NCBI RefSeq assembly: GCF_009914755.1
Contig: NC_060934.1
DNA from: the human T2T-CHM13v2.0 reference genome, Homo sapiens
Direction: 5' to 3' (one strand)
DNA: 64,000 nt
In this document: positions 1-34,924 of the stretch, piece by piece
Layout: every line of letters begins with the position of its first letter
Position numbering within the stretch: the stretch's first letter is position 1
Translations under genes and position numbers: made by a program
Notes under the pieces: model-generated
What the model saw: the letters and a program-made list of their open reading frames with translations, nothing else
Database searches by the model: none
Told to the model about the DNA's origin: nothing

Positions 1-1530
1 CATTTCATAGTGTATATATACCACATTTTCTTTATGCCACACACCATTGGTTGCTTCTGTGTCTTTGCTATTGTGAATAGTGCAGAGATGGACATATGAG
101 CACATGTGTCTTTTTGGTATAACAATTTGTTTTCCACTGGATATGTACCCAGTAGTGGAATTGCTGCATCAAATGATAATTTTGTTTTTAGTTCTTTGAG
201 AAATTTCCAAACTGCTTTCCATAGTGGCTGAACTAACTTACATTTCCACCAGTAGTGTATAAGTTTTCCCTTTTTTCTGCAGCCTTACCAACATCTGTTA
301 TTTTTTGGCTTTTTAATCATATCCATTCTGACTGGTATGAGATGATATCTCATTGTGGTTTTGATTTGCATTTCTCTGATGATAAGTGATGTTCAGCATT
401 TTGTCATATGCTTGTTGGCCATGTGTATGTCTTCTTTGGAAGGACATATGTTCTTTGCCCACTTTTTAATGAAGTTATTTGTTTTTTAACTTGTTGAATT
501 GTCTAAGTACCTTATAGATTCTCGCTATTGGACCATTGTTAGAATCACAGTTTGCAAATATTTTGTCCCCATTCTGTAGGTTGTCTGTTTATTGTGTTGA
601 TACTCTGTCTTGCTGTGCAGAAGCTCTTTACTTTAATTAGGTCCCACTTGTCAATATTCATTTTGGTTCCAATTGCTTTTGAGGGATTATTCATAAATTC
701 TTTGCAAAAGCCTGTATCCAGAATGGTATTACATATATTTTTTTCTATAGGATTGTTAGTTTGATGTTTTAAACTTAGATCATTAATCCATTTCGAGTTA
801 ATTTTTGTATATGGTGCAAGGAAGTGTTCCAGTTTTATTCTGCGTATGGCTAGCCAGTTATCCTAGTTCAATTTACTGAATAGAGAGTCCTTTCCTGATT
901 GATTATTTTTGTCAACTTTGTTGAAGATCAGATGGCTATAGGTGTGTGGCTTTATTTCTGGCTTCTGTATTGCTTTGGCTACTTGGGCTCTTCTTTGGTT
1001 TCAAACGAATTTTAGAATAGTTTTTCCTTATTCTGTGAAAAATGACATTGGTAGTTTGATAGGAATAGCATTGAATCTGTAGATAGCTTTGGGCAGTCTA
1101 GCCATTTTAATGATATTGATTGTTTTAATCCATAAGCATGAACTGTTTTTTCATTTGTTAGTGTAATCTATGATTTTGTTCAACAGTGTTTTGTAGCTCT
1201 CCTTGTAGAGACCGTTTGCCCCTTTGTTAGCTGTATTCCTAGGTTCCATTCCACCCCCACCCCCCACTATGGCTATTTTAAATGGGATGGCATTCTTGAT
1301 TTGGCTTTCAGCATGAACATTTTTGATGTATACAAATGGTACTGAGTTTTGTACATTTATTTTGTGTGCTGAAATTTCACTGGAGTTGTATATCACTTCC
1401 AGGAGCTTTTTGGAAGGTTCTTTAGGGTTTTCTAGGCCTGAGATGGGTCTTCTAGGTCTGAGATGGAGCTTCTATATCTACTAGTAAAAGATTAGCCTTG
1501 TACTCTTGAAGACAGTAGAAGGATGGGTAT
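1..1530 (-). mobile_element. Old L1 (L1PB/L1MA-like) ORF2 3' region, internally deleted
   Basis: Degenerate antisense ORF2 C-terminal sequence; ORF 1151-1396 resembles ORF2 (KINVQNSV...IKNAIPF). Confidence 0.75.
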
Positions 1531-1534
1531 TTTT

Positions 1535-14293
<12,759 letters not shown>

Positions 14294-14961
14294 CTAAATC
14301 TCTAGTTCTTTTAAATGTCATGTTAGGATGCTGATTTTAGATCTTTCATGCTTTCTCTTGTGGACATTTAGCGGTATCAATTTCCCTCTACACAATGCTT
14401 TAAATGTGTCTCAGAGATTCTGTTTCATTATTTCTTTGTTCTCATTGGTTTCAAAGAACATTATTACTTTTGCCTTAATTTCGTTAGTTACTCAGTAGTC
14501 ATTCAGGAGCAGGTTGTTCAGTTACCATGTCATCATGCAGTTTTGAGTGAGTCTCTTAATCCTGAGTTCTAAGTTGATTGCACTGTGGTTTGAGAGACTG
14601 TTTGTTATGACTTCCATTCTTTTCATTTGCTCAGGAGTGTTTTACTTCTAGTTATGTGATCAATTTTAGACTAAGTGTTATGTGGTGCTGATAAGAATGT
14701 ATATTCTGTTGATTTGGGATGGAGAGTTCTGTAGATGTCATTAGGTCCACTTAGTCCAGAGCTGTGTTCAAGTCCTGAAAATCCTTGTTAATTTTCTGTG
14801 TCATTGATCTGTCTGATATTGACAGTGGGTGATAAAATCTCCCACTATTATTGTGTGGGAGTCTAAGTCTCTTTTTAGGTCTGTAAGAACTTGGTTTATG
14901 AATCTGGATGCCCCTGTATTGGGTGCATATAATTTAGGATAGTTAGCTCTTCTTGTTACAT

Positions 14962-15461
14962 TGTGTCTGGATTTTGTTCCTTCTGGTGCGTTCGTGGTCT
15001 TGTTGACTTCAGAAATGAAGCTGTGGACCTTTGTGGTGAGTGTTAGAGCTTTTAAAGGTGTTGCAGACCAAAAAAGTGAGTAGCAGCAAGATTTATTGTG
15101 GAGAGCGAAAGAACAAAGCTTTGACATCATGGAAGGAGACCTTAGAGGGTTGCTTCTGCTGGCTGAGGTGGCCAGCTTTTATTCCCTTATTTGTCCCCAC
15201 CCATGTCCTGCTGATTGGTCCATTTTACCGAGTGCTGATTGGTCCATTTTACAGGGCACTGATTGGTCCATTTTTCAGAGCACTGATTGGTCCATTTACA
15301 GTGTGCTGATTGGTCCAGTTTACAAACCTCTAGCTAGCTACAGAGCACTGATTTGTGTTTTTTACAGAGCGCTGATTGGTGCATTTTACAATCCTTTTGT
15401 AAAACAGAAAAGTTTTCCAAGTCCCCACCCAACCCAGAAGTCCAGCTGGCTTCACCTCTCA
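14962..15461 (-). mobile_element. LTR12-family (ERV9) solo LTR
   Basis: Reverse complement starts TGAGAGGTGAAGCCAGCTGG and ends ...GAAGGAACAAAATCCAGACACA; contains a CCAAT repeat array and AATAAA. Confidence 0.9.
15210..15390 (-). promoter_or_regulatory. Tandem ~24-bp CCAAT (NF-Y) repeats in the LTR12 U3
   Basis: Unit ctgattggtccattttacagagtg: five consecutive copies plus two more downstream, one with a mutated core. Confidence 0.8.
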
Positions 15462-16165
15462 CCTTTACCATTAGGTAGTGGCCTTCTTTGTCTCTTTTGA
15501 TATTTGTTGCTTAATGTCTGTTTTATCACAGACTAGGATTGCAACCCCTGCTTTTTATTGCTTTCTATCTGCTTGGTAAATCTTCCTCCATCCCTTTATT
15601 TTGAGCCTATGGGTGTCTCTGCATGTGAGATGGGTCTCCTGAATACAGCACACCAATAGGTCTTGACTTTTTATCCAATTTGCCAGTCTGTGTCTTTTAA
15701 CTAGGGTATTTAGCCCACTTACATTTAAGGTTAATATTGTTATGTGTGAATTTGATCCTGTCACTATGATGTTAGCCAGTTATTTTGCTTGTTAGTTGAT
15801 GCAGTTTCTTCACAGAGTCAATGATCTTTACAATTTGGTGTGTTTTTGCAGTGGCTGGTACCAATTTTTCCTTTCCATATTTAGTGCTTCCTTCATGGAT
15901 TCTTGTAAGGCAGGCCTGGTGGTGACAAAATCTTTCAGTATTTGCTTGTCTGTAAAGGATTTTATTTCTCCTTCACTTATGAAACTTAGTTTGTCTGGGT
16001 ATGAAATTCTGGGTTGAAAATTATTATTTTTTTAAGAATGTTGAATATTGGCCCTCACTCTCTTCTCGCTTGTCATGTTTCTGCTGAGAAATCCACTGTT
16101 ACTCTAATGGGTTTTCCTTTGTGGGTAACCCAACCTCTCTGGCTGCTCTTAATATTTTTTCCTTC

Positions 16166-18010
16166 ATATCATATTTTGAATATTTTATCTGTCATTTCTG
16201 AGTTGCCAATTTATTTAGGGTTCATTGCTGGGGAGTTAGTGTGGTCTTTTGGTGGTTTTACAATATTCAGATATTTCATGGTGCCAGAATTCTTATGCTG
16301 GTTTCTTCTTATTTGGAGAGGCAACCCCTTCTGATTTTTGAATTTTTGTTTTCTGCAGATAGAATTGTTTTCTCTCCCTATTTTTTTCTTTCCTTTTTCC
16401 CTCTCCCTTCCAATGGGGGTGTAACTATAAAGTATGTTGGGTAGGGTCTTTGACTTTAATTCCATAGCTGTGTTTACTTCTGTGGGTAGTTTTATATCGG
16501 CCTGTGCAGTTTGACATACATGTCAGTAGATGGGACTTGTGAGCAAAAGCCAGCTGCAGCTAGCACAAGTTTCTCTAGCACAGCTTGATCCTTGTTTTCT
16601 GGGGGATCTTCTTTGTTTCCTCAGGCAATCTGTTCATCTGTGGAATGCAGAGTGGTCTGGGCTCCCTGCTCAGCCCCAGGGGAATCAAGATGGGTGGCAC
16701 TGGACTGGGCAGTCTTATCTAGTTTCCCTAATGACAGGCACTAGCACCAGCACTGAGAAATAATCCAGTGGGCAGACTTGAAGCCCCCAGGGTTGTGCTA
16801 GCCATGGAGCTAAGAAACCTCTTTGGCTCCAAGTACTCTGCAGGGGTAAGGGAGGGGAGAGTTGGTGGTGGCCTAAACTTCTAATCCAGGTGAGTGGATG
16901 CTTTGAATGCCTCATGATCTGTCTGAGTGTGAAGGAGAGAGAGCTCCCCTGCGGCCAGATCTCTGTACAGGAAGGGGAGGGTGGCTCAGGCTGACAATCC
17001 AGGTGAGCAGGTGCTTTGAATGCCCTGAGATCTGCCTGGATATGGAGCAGAGAGGGCCCCCTTGCACCATGATCTATGCACAGGCACAGGAAGAGTGGGG
17101 TGGCTCAGGGTGCTGATCCAGGTGAGAAATGCTCTAAATACTTAGCAGTCTGCCTGGGTGTGGAGCACAGAGGGTCCTTCTGGACCATTATCTATACCAA
17201 GGAAGAGTGGGGTGGCTAGGACTGCTGGTCCAGGCAAGTAGATGCTCTGAGTGCCTGGAGCTCTGCTTTGAGGATGGAATGGAGAGGGCTCCACTCCTCA
17301 ATCTTAGGGGAAAGGCTGAGGCACCAAGCAAGGACACATGCAGACCATTTCCAGGTCACCAAGCTAGTCCTGGCTGTAAATGTCATCACCCAGGAGAACT
17401 GCTGTAGCAGCTCTCCTTCCATCCCAGGTCTGTAATGTGGGAGGGCCCAATTCCAGTACCCACTGCTAAGGTGCTTTCCACAATTATGGCTGTGGAGGCC
17501 CCTACCTTCCTCCAGACCAACTGCTCCGATTTCTGGCCTGAGACTAAAATATCTGCGTGGCCATGATGCCAGGCTGCCAAAGAATGATTGACTTTTTATG
17601 CTCCCATATTAAAAGCAGCATCTTGCTCTTGGTCCCAGGTATGGGAAAATGTGTGCAGCTTTTCCTGGTGTCTTTCCCTCTCAGCATGTTCAAGCCTCTC
17701 CCCACCTTAGCTGCAGGGCTTAGAATAAACAAAGTGCTCTCCCTTGACCTGGGTTGCTCAGATCCCCAGTTGAAGGGTGAGTAGCCAGGGGAGGCTCTCT
17801 TTCACATAACGGGTCTGTACTTACTTTTATCAGCTGAATGCCATCATGAGGCTGTTTGTCCACATTTTCCTCCCCAGGTATCTTAGATGTCTTTCACGAT
17901 TTCTGTGGATTTTTCTTCTTGAATTTAAGCTTACAAAGTTGATCTTTATGTACTGTGCTATTTCCAAGTGGCTGAAGCATGCTAATTGCCTCTAATCTGC
18001 CATCTTGGAA
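16166..18010 (-). mobile_element. Old L1 (L1PB/L1M-type) ORF1 start and GC-rich 5' UTR
   Basis: ORF1-start-like QIRRNQHKNSGTMK (16211-16465); 5' end ...ctgccatcttgg at ~18005. Confidence 0.7.
16884..17300. repeat. ~115-bp diverged tandem repeat, about 3.5 units
   Basis: Units start (a/g)tccagg at 16884, 16997, 17116 and 17228. Confidence 0.85.
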
Positions 18011-18014
18011 AATA

Positions 18015-19700
18015 TGGTATTCTTTATTCTTTAGCAATGTTTAATAGTTTTTAGTGTCAGAGTCTTTTATTTTCTTGATTATTGTTTTCTTTGTGTATTG
18101 TATGAGATTTTTCTATATATAGAAACATGTTATCTTGAACTACACATGATCTGAATTTTTCCTTTCCTATTTGGATGTGTTTTATTTCATTTTCTTGCAT
18201 GGTTGCTCTGGCTAGAACTTCCAATACTATATTTAATAGTAGTAAAAGTGGACATCCTTGTTTTTTTTCTTTTCTTTCTGATTTTAAGTTATAAGACTTT
18301 AGCCTTTCAAAATTTAGTATGCCTTAGCTTTGCAGTTTTCATAAATATGCTTTATTATGGTAAGGGAGTTTTATTTATAGTTTTATGAGTATTTTTGTTA
18401 TGATAGGTGTTGAAAGTTGTCATTTTTTTCTGCATCTAATGAGATGAACATGTTTTTCTCTTTTATTCTAATATGGTGTAGTGCACTGGTTGACTTTCTT
18501 GTTGAACCACCCTTGCATTTCTGGGATAAATCTAACTTGTTTATTGTGTGTAATCTTTTAAATTTTGTAAAAAATGTTGTGGCAAAATACACAAAAAAGT
18601 TTCTGTATTAATCATTTTAAGTGTATAGTGTATTGGCATTGATTACATTCACATTGTTGTGCAAACATCACTGCCATACATCTACAGAATTCTTTTCATC
18701 TTACAAAATGGAAACCTTATACCCATTTAATAGTAACTCTTGGCCGGGCATTGTAGATCATGCCTGTAATCCCAGCACTTTGGGAGGTTGAGGTGGGCAG
18801 ATTTCATGAGCTCAGGAGTTTGAGACCAGCCTGGGCAACATGGTGAAACCCTGTCTCTACCAACAAAGCAGTCAACAAACAAAACCAAAGTAATATAATT
18901 TCCTCAACTATGCAAACTAATTCATATTAATAATTCCATGAAGTGTGTCCATAGTAACACAAGATGGGCCTTATAAAGTTGGCCTATCACATTCTTTGAG
19001 GTCTTTGTCAGTCTTATGTGCCAGATACTGTGCGGACTAGCTGCAATTAAAATTCCCATTCCCTTATCACTTGCTCCGAAATTTATCTGAAGTCAAAGGG
19101 AATGGCTTGCCCAAAGAGAAGTGTCCAGAGACGTGGATGATGTGACAAGAAATGTTGTAGAACCCCACCCCCACCTCAAATGATAACTGTACATTTCTCC
19201 TTTCCACCGTCCCGTGGCAACCAACATTCTACTTTATGTCTCTATGAAATCGAGTATGCTGGGTACCTCATAGAAGTGGAATCATTACATATTTGCCCTT
19301 TTGTGACTGGTTTATTTCACTTTGCCTAATGTTATGTTCTCAGGGTTCATTCATGTTTTCGCATGTGTCAGATTTTTCTTCATTTCCAAGGGTGAATAAT
19401 ATTCCGTTGTATGTATAAACCAAATTTGCTTACCCATTTTTCTGTTGATGGGCACTTGGATTACTTTCACCTCTGGCTTTGTGAGTAATGTTATTATGCA
19501 TATGGGTAAATAAATATCTCTTTGATGTGCTGCTTTCAATTCTTTTGGGTATATACCCAGAAGTGGCATTTCTGGGATATGTGGTAATTCTATTTCTAAT
19601 TCTCGAACGTCTTAATGTTTTTCTTAACAGCTGCACCATTTTACATTACATTCCCATCAGTAGGACATGAGGGTTCCAATTTCTTCACATTCTCACTTGT
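18015..19700 (-). mobile_element. L1M ORF2 fragment followed by an L1MB-like 3' end, interrupted at 18742-19180
   Basis: Degenerate L1MB 3' UTR motifs (acattcacattgttgtgcaa; ggcaaccaacattctacttt); [12 protein letters not shown]. Confidence 0.7.
18742..18888 (+). mobile_element. Alu left monomer / FLAM_C-like
   Basis: ggccgggca...tgtaatcccagcactttgggagg...ctgtctctac followed by an A-rich tail; no right arm. Confidence 0.85.
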
Positions 19701-19899
19701 TGTTTTCTTTTGTTTTCTTAGCCTTTATTTATTAGATTTACTTATTATTTATTTATTAATAATTTATAAATATTACAAATTATAATAATGCAAATGTATA
19801 ATAGTAAAAAATATATTATAAATACGTTACCATAAATTTATATTATATAACATATATAAAAGTATATTATTATTGATATATTATAAATTTATAATTTAT

Positions 19900-21420
19900 T
19901 ATTTTAGTGGGCACAATAATTGTACATATTTATGGGGTGTACTGTAATATTTCAGTATATGTATACAATGTGTAATGATCAAGCAGGATGATTAGCATAT
20001 CTATAACCTCAAGTATTTTTCATTCCCTTGTGCTTGAAACATTAAAAATCTGCTCTTCTAGCTATTTGAAAATATACAATAAAGTGTTGTTAATTATAGT
20101 CACCCTACACTGCTATAGAATACTATAACTTTTCTCTTTTGTATAGCTGAAGTTTTGTATCTGTTAACCAACTTCTGGCTATCCCCCTTACTTCTCTACC
20201 TCTACTAGCTACCATTCTGTTCTCTATTTCTGTGAGATTAACTTTCTTAGCTACCATATAAGAATAAGAACATGCGTTATTTATCTTTCCATGCCAGGCT
20301 TATTTCACTTAACATAATGTCTTCTAATCTCAACCATGTTGTTGTGAATGATAGAATTTTGGGCTTTTCTTATTGGTAATTAGTTTTCCATGGTGTATGT
20401 ATACATACCACGTTTTCTTTACCCATTCATTTGTTGATGGACACTTAGGTTGATTCCATATCTTGGCTATGGTGAATAGTGCTTTAAGTAAATATGGAAG
20501 TATAACTATCTCCTTGATATAACAGTATCTTTTCATCTGGTTATATACCCAAGAATGGGATTGCTGGATTATATGGTAGTTCTATTTTTAGTTCTTCGAG
20601 GATTCTTTATACTGTTTTCCATCATGGCAGTACTAATTTACATTATCAATAAGTTTTTGAGTTCTCTTTCTCTGCGTCCTCACCAGCGTTGGCTGTCTTT
20701 TGTCTTTTTGATGATAGCAATTCTAACTGGAGTGAGCTGATATCTCATTGTGGCTTTGATTTGAATTTCCTTGCTGATATAATCATAAGCATTTTCCATA
20801 TACCTATTGGCCACTTGTATGTCTCTTTTGGGAGACGCCTGTTCAGTTTATTTACCCATATTTTAATTGTAGTATTTGTTTTTTTGTTTCTGTTGAATTG
20901 TTTGAGTTACTTGTATATTTTGGATATTAATCCTGGTCAGATGAAAATATTGCAAATATTTTCTGTCATTCTTCAGGTTGTCTTTCCACTTTATTGAATG
21001 TTTTCTTTGCCCTGCAGAAGTTTGCTATAATCTCATTTGTCTAATTTTTACTTCAGTTGCCTGTGCTTTTGAAGTTTTATCCATTGCCAAGACCAATACT
21101 CTGAAGCATTTCTCCTGTTTTTCTTCTAGTAGTTTCATAGTTTCAGGTATTAATCATTTCATTTGTTTTGAGTTTATTTTTGTAAATAATGAGAGATAAA
21201 AATCTTGTTTCATTTTTCTGCATATAAACATCCAGTTTTCCTGTTGCTATTTAATGAAAAGACTGTTCTTTCATCAGTGAATGTTCTTGGTGCCTTGTCA
21301 ATAATGTTTGCTATAAAGGCATGGAATAATTTCTGTGTTCTCTGTTCTCTTCCATGGGTCCATGTGTCTGCTTTTAGGCCAGTATAATGTTATTTTAGAT
21401 ATTATAGATTTATAGTATTT
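19900..21420 (-). mobile_element. L1MA-type 3' end with AT-rich decayed tail (19720-19900)
   Basis: tgtacatatttatgggg...; ALFTIAKIWNQPKCPS (20330-20536). Confidence 0.75.
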
Positions 21421-21429
21421 TTTGTGTGT

Positions 21430-22611
21430 TTTTAAATGTTTCTGGGTACACAGAAGGTATATATATTTGATGGGTACATGAGATCTTTTGATATAAAAAT
21501 GCCATGTGTAATAATCACATTATGGAAGATGGTTTATCTATCCTCTCAAGCATTTATCCTTTATGTTACAGACAATCGAATTATACTCTTTAAGTTATTT
21601 AAAAATGTATGATTGACTAATTATTGACTATAGTCACCCTATTGTGCTATCAAATACTAGGACTTATTCATTAATTATAACTATTTTTGTACCAATTAGA
21701 ATTTCCACTCCCCTTCACCCACTCACTGTCCCTCCCAGCCTCTGGTAACCATCTTTCTACCCTGTATCTCCATGGGCTCAATTGTTTTGAGTTTTAGATC
21801 CCACAAATAAGTGAGAACATGTGATGTTTGTCTTTCTGTTCCTGGTTTATTTCACTTAACATAATAATCTCCAATTCTATCTGTGTTGTTGCAAATGACC
21901 GAATCTCATTTTTTTAAATGGCTGTATAGTACTCCGTTGTGTATATGTACCACGTTTTCTTTATCCACTCATCCATTGATGAACACTTAGGTTGCTTCCA
22001 TATCTTAGCTATTATAAACAGTGCTGAAACAAACATGGGAGTGTAGATATCTCTTCAATATACTGATTTCCTTTCTTTTGGATATACCTAGCAGTGGGAT
22101 TGCTGGGTCATTTGGTAACTTTATTTTTAGTTTTATGAGGAACCTCCAAATCTTGCTCCATAGTAATTGTATGAATTTAAATTTCCACAAAAAATATATG
22201 AGGGTTCCTTTTTCTTCACATCCTTACCAGCATATGTTATTGCTCATCTCTTGGATATAAGCCACTTTAACTGGGGTGAGATGATATCTTATTACAGTTT
22301 TTATTTGCGCTTCTCAGATGATCAGTGATATTGAGCACTTTTTCATATGTCTGTTTTCCATTTGTATGTCTTCTGTTGGGAAACGTCTATTCAAATCTTT
22401 TGCCCACTTTAAAACTAAATTATTAGATTTGTTCCTAGAGAGTTGTTTGAGCTCCTTATATAGTCTGGTTGTTAATCCCCTGTTAGAGGGGTAGTTTTCA
22501 ATTATTTTCTTCCTATCTGTGGGTTATCTTTTCACTTTATTGATTGTGTCCTTTGCTGTGCTGAAACTTTTTAACGTGATATAATCCCATTTGTCCATTT
22601 TTACTTTGGTT
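21430..22611 (-). mobile_element. L1MA1-3-type 3' end
   Basis: gatcccacaaataagtgagaacatg motif; [15 protein letters not shown]. Confidence 0.75.
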
Positions 22612-27390
<4,779 letters not shown>

Positions 27391-28220
27391 CTGATTGAGT
27401 TTCTTTAAGGTAATTATTTTGAATTCCTTTTTTGAATATTTGTGAATTTTTTTCATTGAGGTCTGTTATTTGAGAGTTATTATGTCCCTTTGGTGGTGCC
27501 ATATTTCTTTATTTTTCATGTTGTGTCCCTGAATTTATGTCTATGCATGTGATGGAACAATTGCTATTCCAAAATCTCTAGAGTGAATTTCATAGAGAAA
27601 GACTTTTATCTGAAGTTGAGTGTTTGTGTGCAGGTGACGAAGAGTGGGTAACTCAGTTTTTGATAGATGCATTGTGATAGTATCTGTGTAGTTTCTCTAG
27701 CTATGGCCAATATCAGCAATAATTTTGGGTGCCTCAGTGGCCTAGGTTGTAGAAGTTTGCAGCAGTATCAGGAGCAGTGTAGGTTGTTAATGTCCTTAGT
27801 GTCAAAGTATTTGGGCGTCCTCCTATTTTTATTTTCCTAAAATTGGGGTGACTTAGCCTAAGGGATTCCTTTTGGTGTCATCTCTGACATGGCATTAACT
27901 CAGCGGCATTGGTGCTGGGTTACAAGTACAGATCCTTGAAGTTGTCATAGAAGCATCATTCTAGACTCAGGGTCTTTTAATCATGTATTGTGACACCTGG
28001 GTCTTGCGGTGCAGGTTCACTCTCTGTGGCAGTGTTGAATGTAGATTACCCACAGAACCAAGGTCTATGACTCTAGCACACCTTAGCAGCTGAAGCCCAC
28101 AGACTGAGTTGTGGCTGTGAATCTGTTTCTGAGGGTGAGGTGCAGGAAAATGCCGTGGCCTGCCTCTGATGTAGAAGGGGTGCTCTTTAGATTTGAGCCC
28201 AGCAAGTAGAATATGGCTAC
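27391..28220 (-). mobile_element. Old L1M ORF1/5' region
   Basis: Resembles the old L1 ORF1-start sequence also seen at ~16170-16320; heavily diverged. Confidence 0.55.
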
Positions 28221-29381
28221 TATCATTAATAAGATAGGATATACTACCTTATTAATGCTAAGTAACCAAGCTCAAGTCAAGAGATGGAAATGTTAATACT
28301 GGTTTGTGACTGCACTGTTCTTCTTACTTAAGAGTAATTTTCAACATGGCAAGCTTAGAAAACTGTGTGAAGCTGATGTTACCAAGGGAGAGGACTGTCT
28401 TTGTCTACACATGTTGAGAGAATCTAGTCTATTTCAGTGGTGTTAACTACACAATGTTTAACATGACACAGGTCACTTGGAGACTCTAAAAGCATAATTA
28501 ATTTATTGCTGGCCTAGGGACTTGTTAGAAAGTAATATGTTTTTGTATATTGATGATCTCTTGTACTCAGTATTCAAAACTTTCCCCTTATTGTTGTCAA
28601 TTCTGCATCACATCAACACCCCAGCCCTAATTCAAACTAAGTATTCCTCATCCATTGCTTCCACTCTCTGAACTTCCAAATTTTGAGAACTCCAGTCTCT
28701 GAGTCTTGGCATATGCCTTACCCTTACTCTCTCTTTTATTCCCTGTGGGCAATTAATGTCCTTATTCTCCATCTTCATCATTCTCCTTTCTCTTCACTTT
28801 GTATATTTTTATTTATTCCTGCACTACTTGCATTCTAGAAAAAGTTGTCTGTTGCCTCCCATATAGATTACAATACTGTGGGCCCATCTTGTCATTGTAA
28901 ACTCATTCTCTTTCTCTATAATTTATTCTAGGTTTTACTGTCATGTTGCTTTTTTCATATCTGTTTTTATACAATTTCAACTTTATAATGAATCTGCAGG
29001 CAATATTGAGTCCATGTACCTTTCTGACAGAAGAAGATAATTGCAGACTCTTGTTTCAGGCTCATAGTATCTAATGATATGGCCCTAATTTTCCTATTTT
29101 TATTAATTTAAGTTGTGGTTGTCTACAGGTAATAGTAACTTTAACAGAAAATGTCTTTATGTCTTCTCATTTGTGTTTTGAGAATGAAAGAGGAAATAGA
29201 AGAAGTGGATCTAGAGATCTTCTGCTTATATATTTTTTTTGCCAAAAAATATGCTGTGTGAGTCAGCTAACTGCAGAGTCTGACAAATGGAATTTTTAAG
29301 CAAGCATGGAATAAGGGGGTAGGAAATAAAGTTTGGGCCAGTTGGTCTACAGCATCCACTACACCATACAGTATTTTTTCT

Positions 29382-33515
<4,134 letters not shown>

Positions 33516-33634
33516 TAGTACTATACTTTACAGTTTCTATGTTGGTAAGTATACAATGTGAGTAATTTTGAATTTACTGTCATCAAATATGCTGTTAAAT
33601 AATTTGTCAGATAATTGCATCAAATCATTCCTAG

Positions 33635-33776
33635 GAAAAGCAAAACCAACAGTCTGAATTCACTATTGAAAACTTGGTAATCACTGCAGCTGACTTACTT
33701 GGAGCTGGGACAGAGACAACAAGCACAACCCTGAGATATGCTCTCCTTCTCCTGCTGAAGCACCCAGAGGTCACAG
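33635..33776 (+). CDS. CYP2C19: CYP2C19 exon 6 (142 nt, I-helix)
   Basis: ctag|GAAAAG...GTCACAG|gtat. Translates [47 protein letters not shown], with the P450 AGTETT motif and 2C19-type residues ([10 protein letters not shown] versus SLENTAVDLF in 2C9). Not in the ORF track. Confidence 0.97.
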
Positions 33777-33941
33777 GTATGATCACAGAGGATGAGTTAA
33801 TTGAGTTTTAGGAAAGATGTTGGGAAGGTGCTGCTAGTGTTCTCCTTTCTGTTTCTCTTAGAGAAGTTCCATTATTTAAATTTCTGTGCCCGCAGCTGTA
33901 ATCTGTCCCAATTTAATGGTGTGATTAAAATGGAATATCCT

Positions 33942-34260
33942 GGCCTGGTGCAGTGGCTCATGATTGTAATCCCAGCCCTTTGGGAGGCCTAGGTGGGTGG
34001 ACCATTGAGGCTAGGAGTTCAAGACCAGCCTGGCCAATATGGCCAAGCCCCATCTCTACTAAAAATACAAAACGTAGCCGGGCATTGTGGCACACCACTG
34101 TAATCCCAGCTACTTGGGGGCTGAGGCATGGGAATCGCTTGAACCCGGGTGGTGGAGGTTGCAGTGAGCCAAGATTGTGCCATTGCACTCTAGCCTGGGT
34201 GACAGAGTGGGACCCTGTCTCAGAAAAGAAAAAAAAGGAAAAGAAAAGAAAAGAAAAAAA
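33942..34260 (+). mobile_element. Old Alu (AluJ / early AluS)
   Basis: Diverged dimeric Alu with a (GAAAA)n tail, 165 bp after exon 6. Confidence 0.9.
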
Positions 34261-34924
34261 GGACATCTTTGCACAGTAGAGGAAGATAACTGAGAGAAAT
34301 GAAGACAGCATGGCAGTTTCAAAAGCAATAGAGCTCTGGCCCAGTGTGTCTGGATTTCATCGACAGTGACTTATGGCAGGAAGAGACAACATAAGTTGGC
34401 CTGGGATTGCATGTTGGTTTTATTATTAAAAGGCCATTTTGAACAGCAAGTGTATTGTTAAAGATAATTTTTCTCGTTCTCAAAACTTCAGGTTCAAATG
34501 CTGGAGTAGGGAAAATGGAAACTCTTCTTATTGAAGGATAAATGGTAATCCTAGAAATGTAGTGAGGCTGCCTGAAAAAATTCCTAGTCTGATAAGTATT
34601 CTAAAAAGTTAGATTCATGAGAAAGTTGATTCTGTTTACTAAAAGAGGTACCTAAAGAATGTTCCATTTAGGCAGAAGATGTACCTGAGACAGTTTCTGT
34701 GAAATTGGTGTTGGATAAAATAAGAATATTTTTGGGGGGGCCAATAATTTTATCTTTTATGAACAACTTTACTTTAGAAATTTTAAAGACTTTCGGTTAT
34801 GCTGCAGATAATAAATATTCTTTTTTCCCCTGTGTCAGTATCCCCCATTTAATGACAATAACCTAATTACAAATAAGAGTTAGGCCTTTTTTTGAACAAT
34901 TACTAACCTATAACGTTCTAGAAG

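Larger units (their letters stand above)
14300..16165 (-). mobile_element. L1PA7/8-like fragment (ORF2 endonuclease and ORF1 3' part), interrupted by LTR12
   Basis: MTGSNSHITILTLNV at 15764; the L1 sequence resumes after 15461. Confidence 0.85.

Noticed and set aside
1430-1474. 20-bp imperfect tandem repeat
   Set aside because: Small duplication at a deletion junction in an old L1; no functional signal.
15210-15390. CRISPR-like repeat array
   Set aside because: No unique spacers; standard LTR12 CCAAT repeats in a primate genome.
19720-19900. AT-rich block
   Set aside because: Low-complexity expansion at an L1MA tail.
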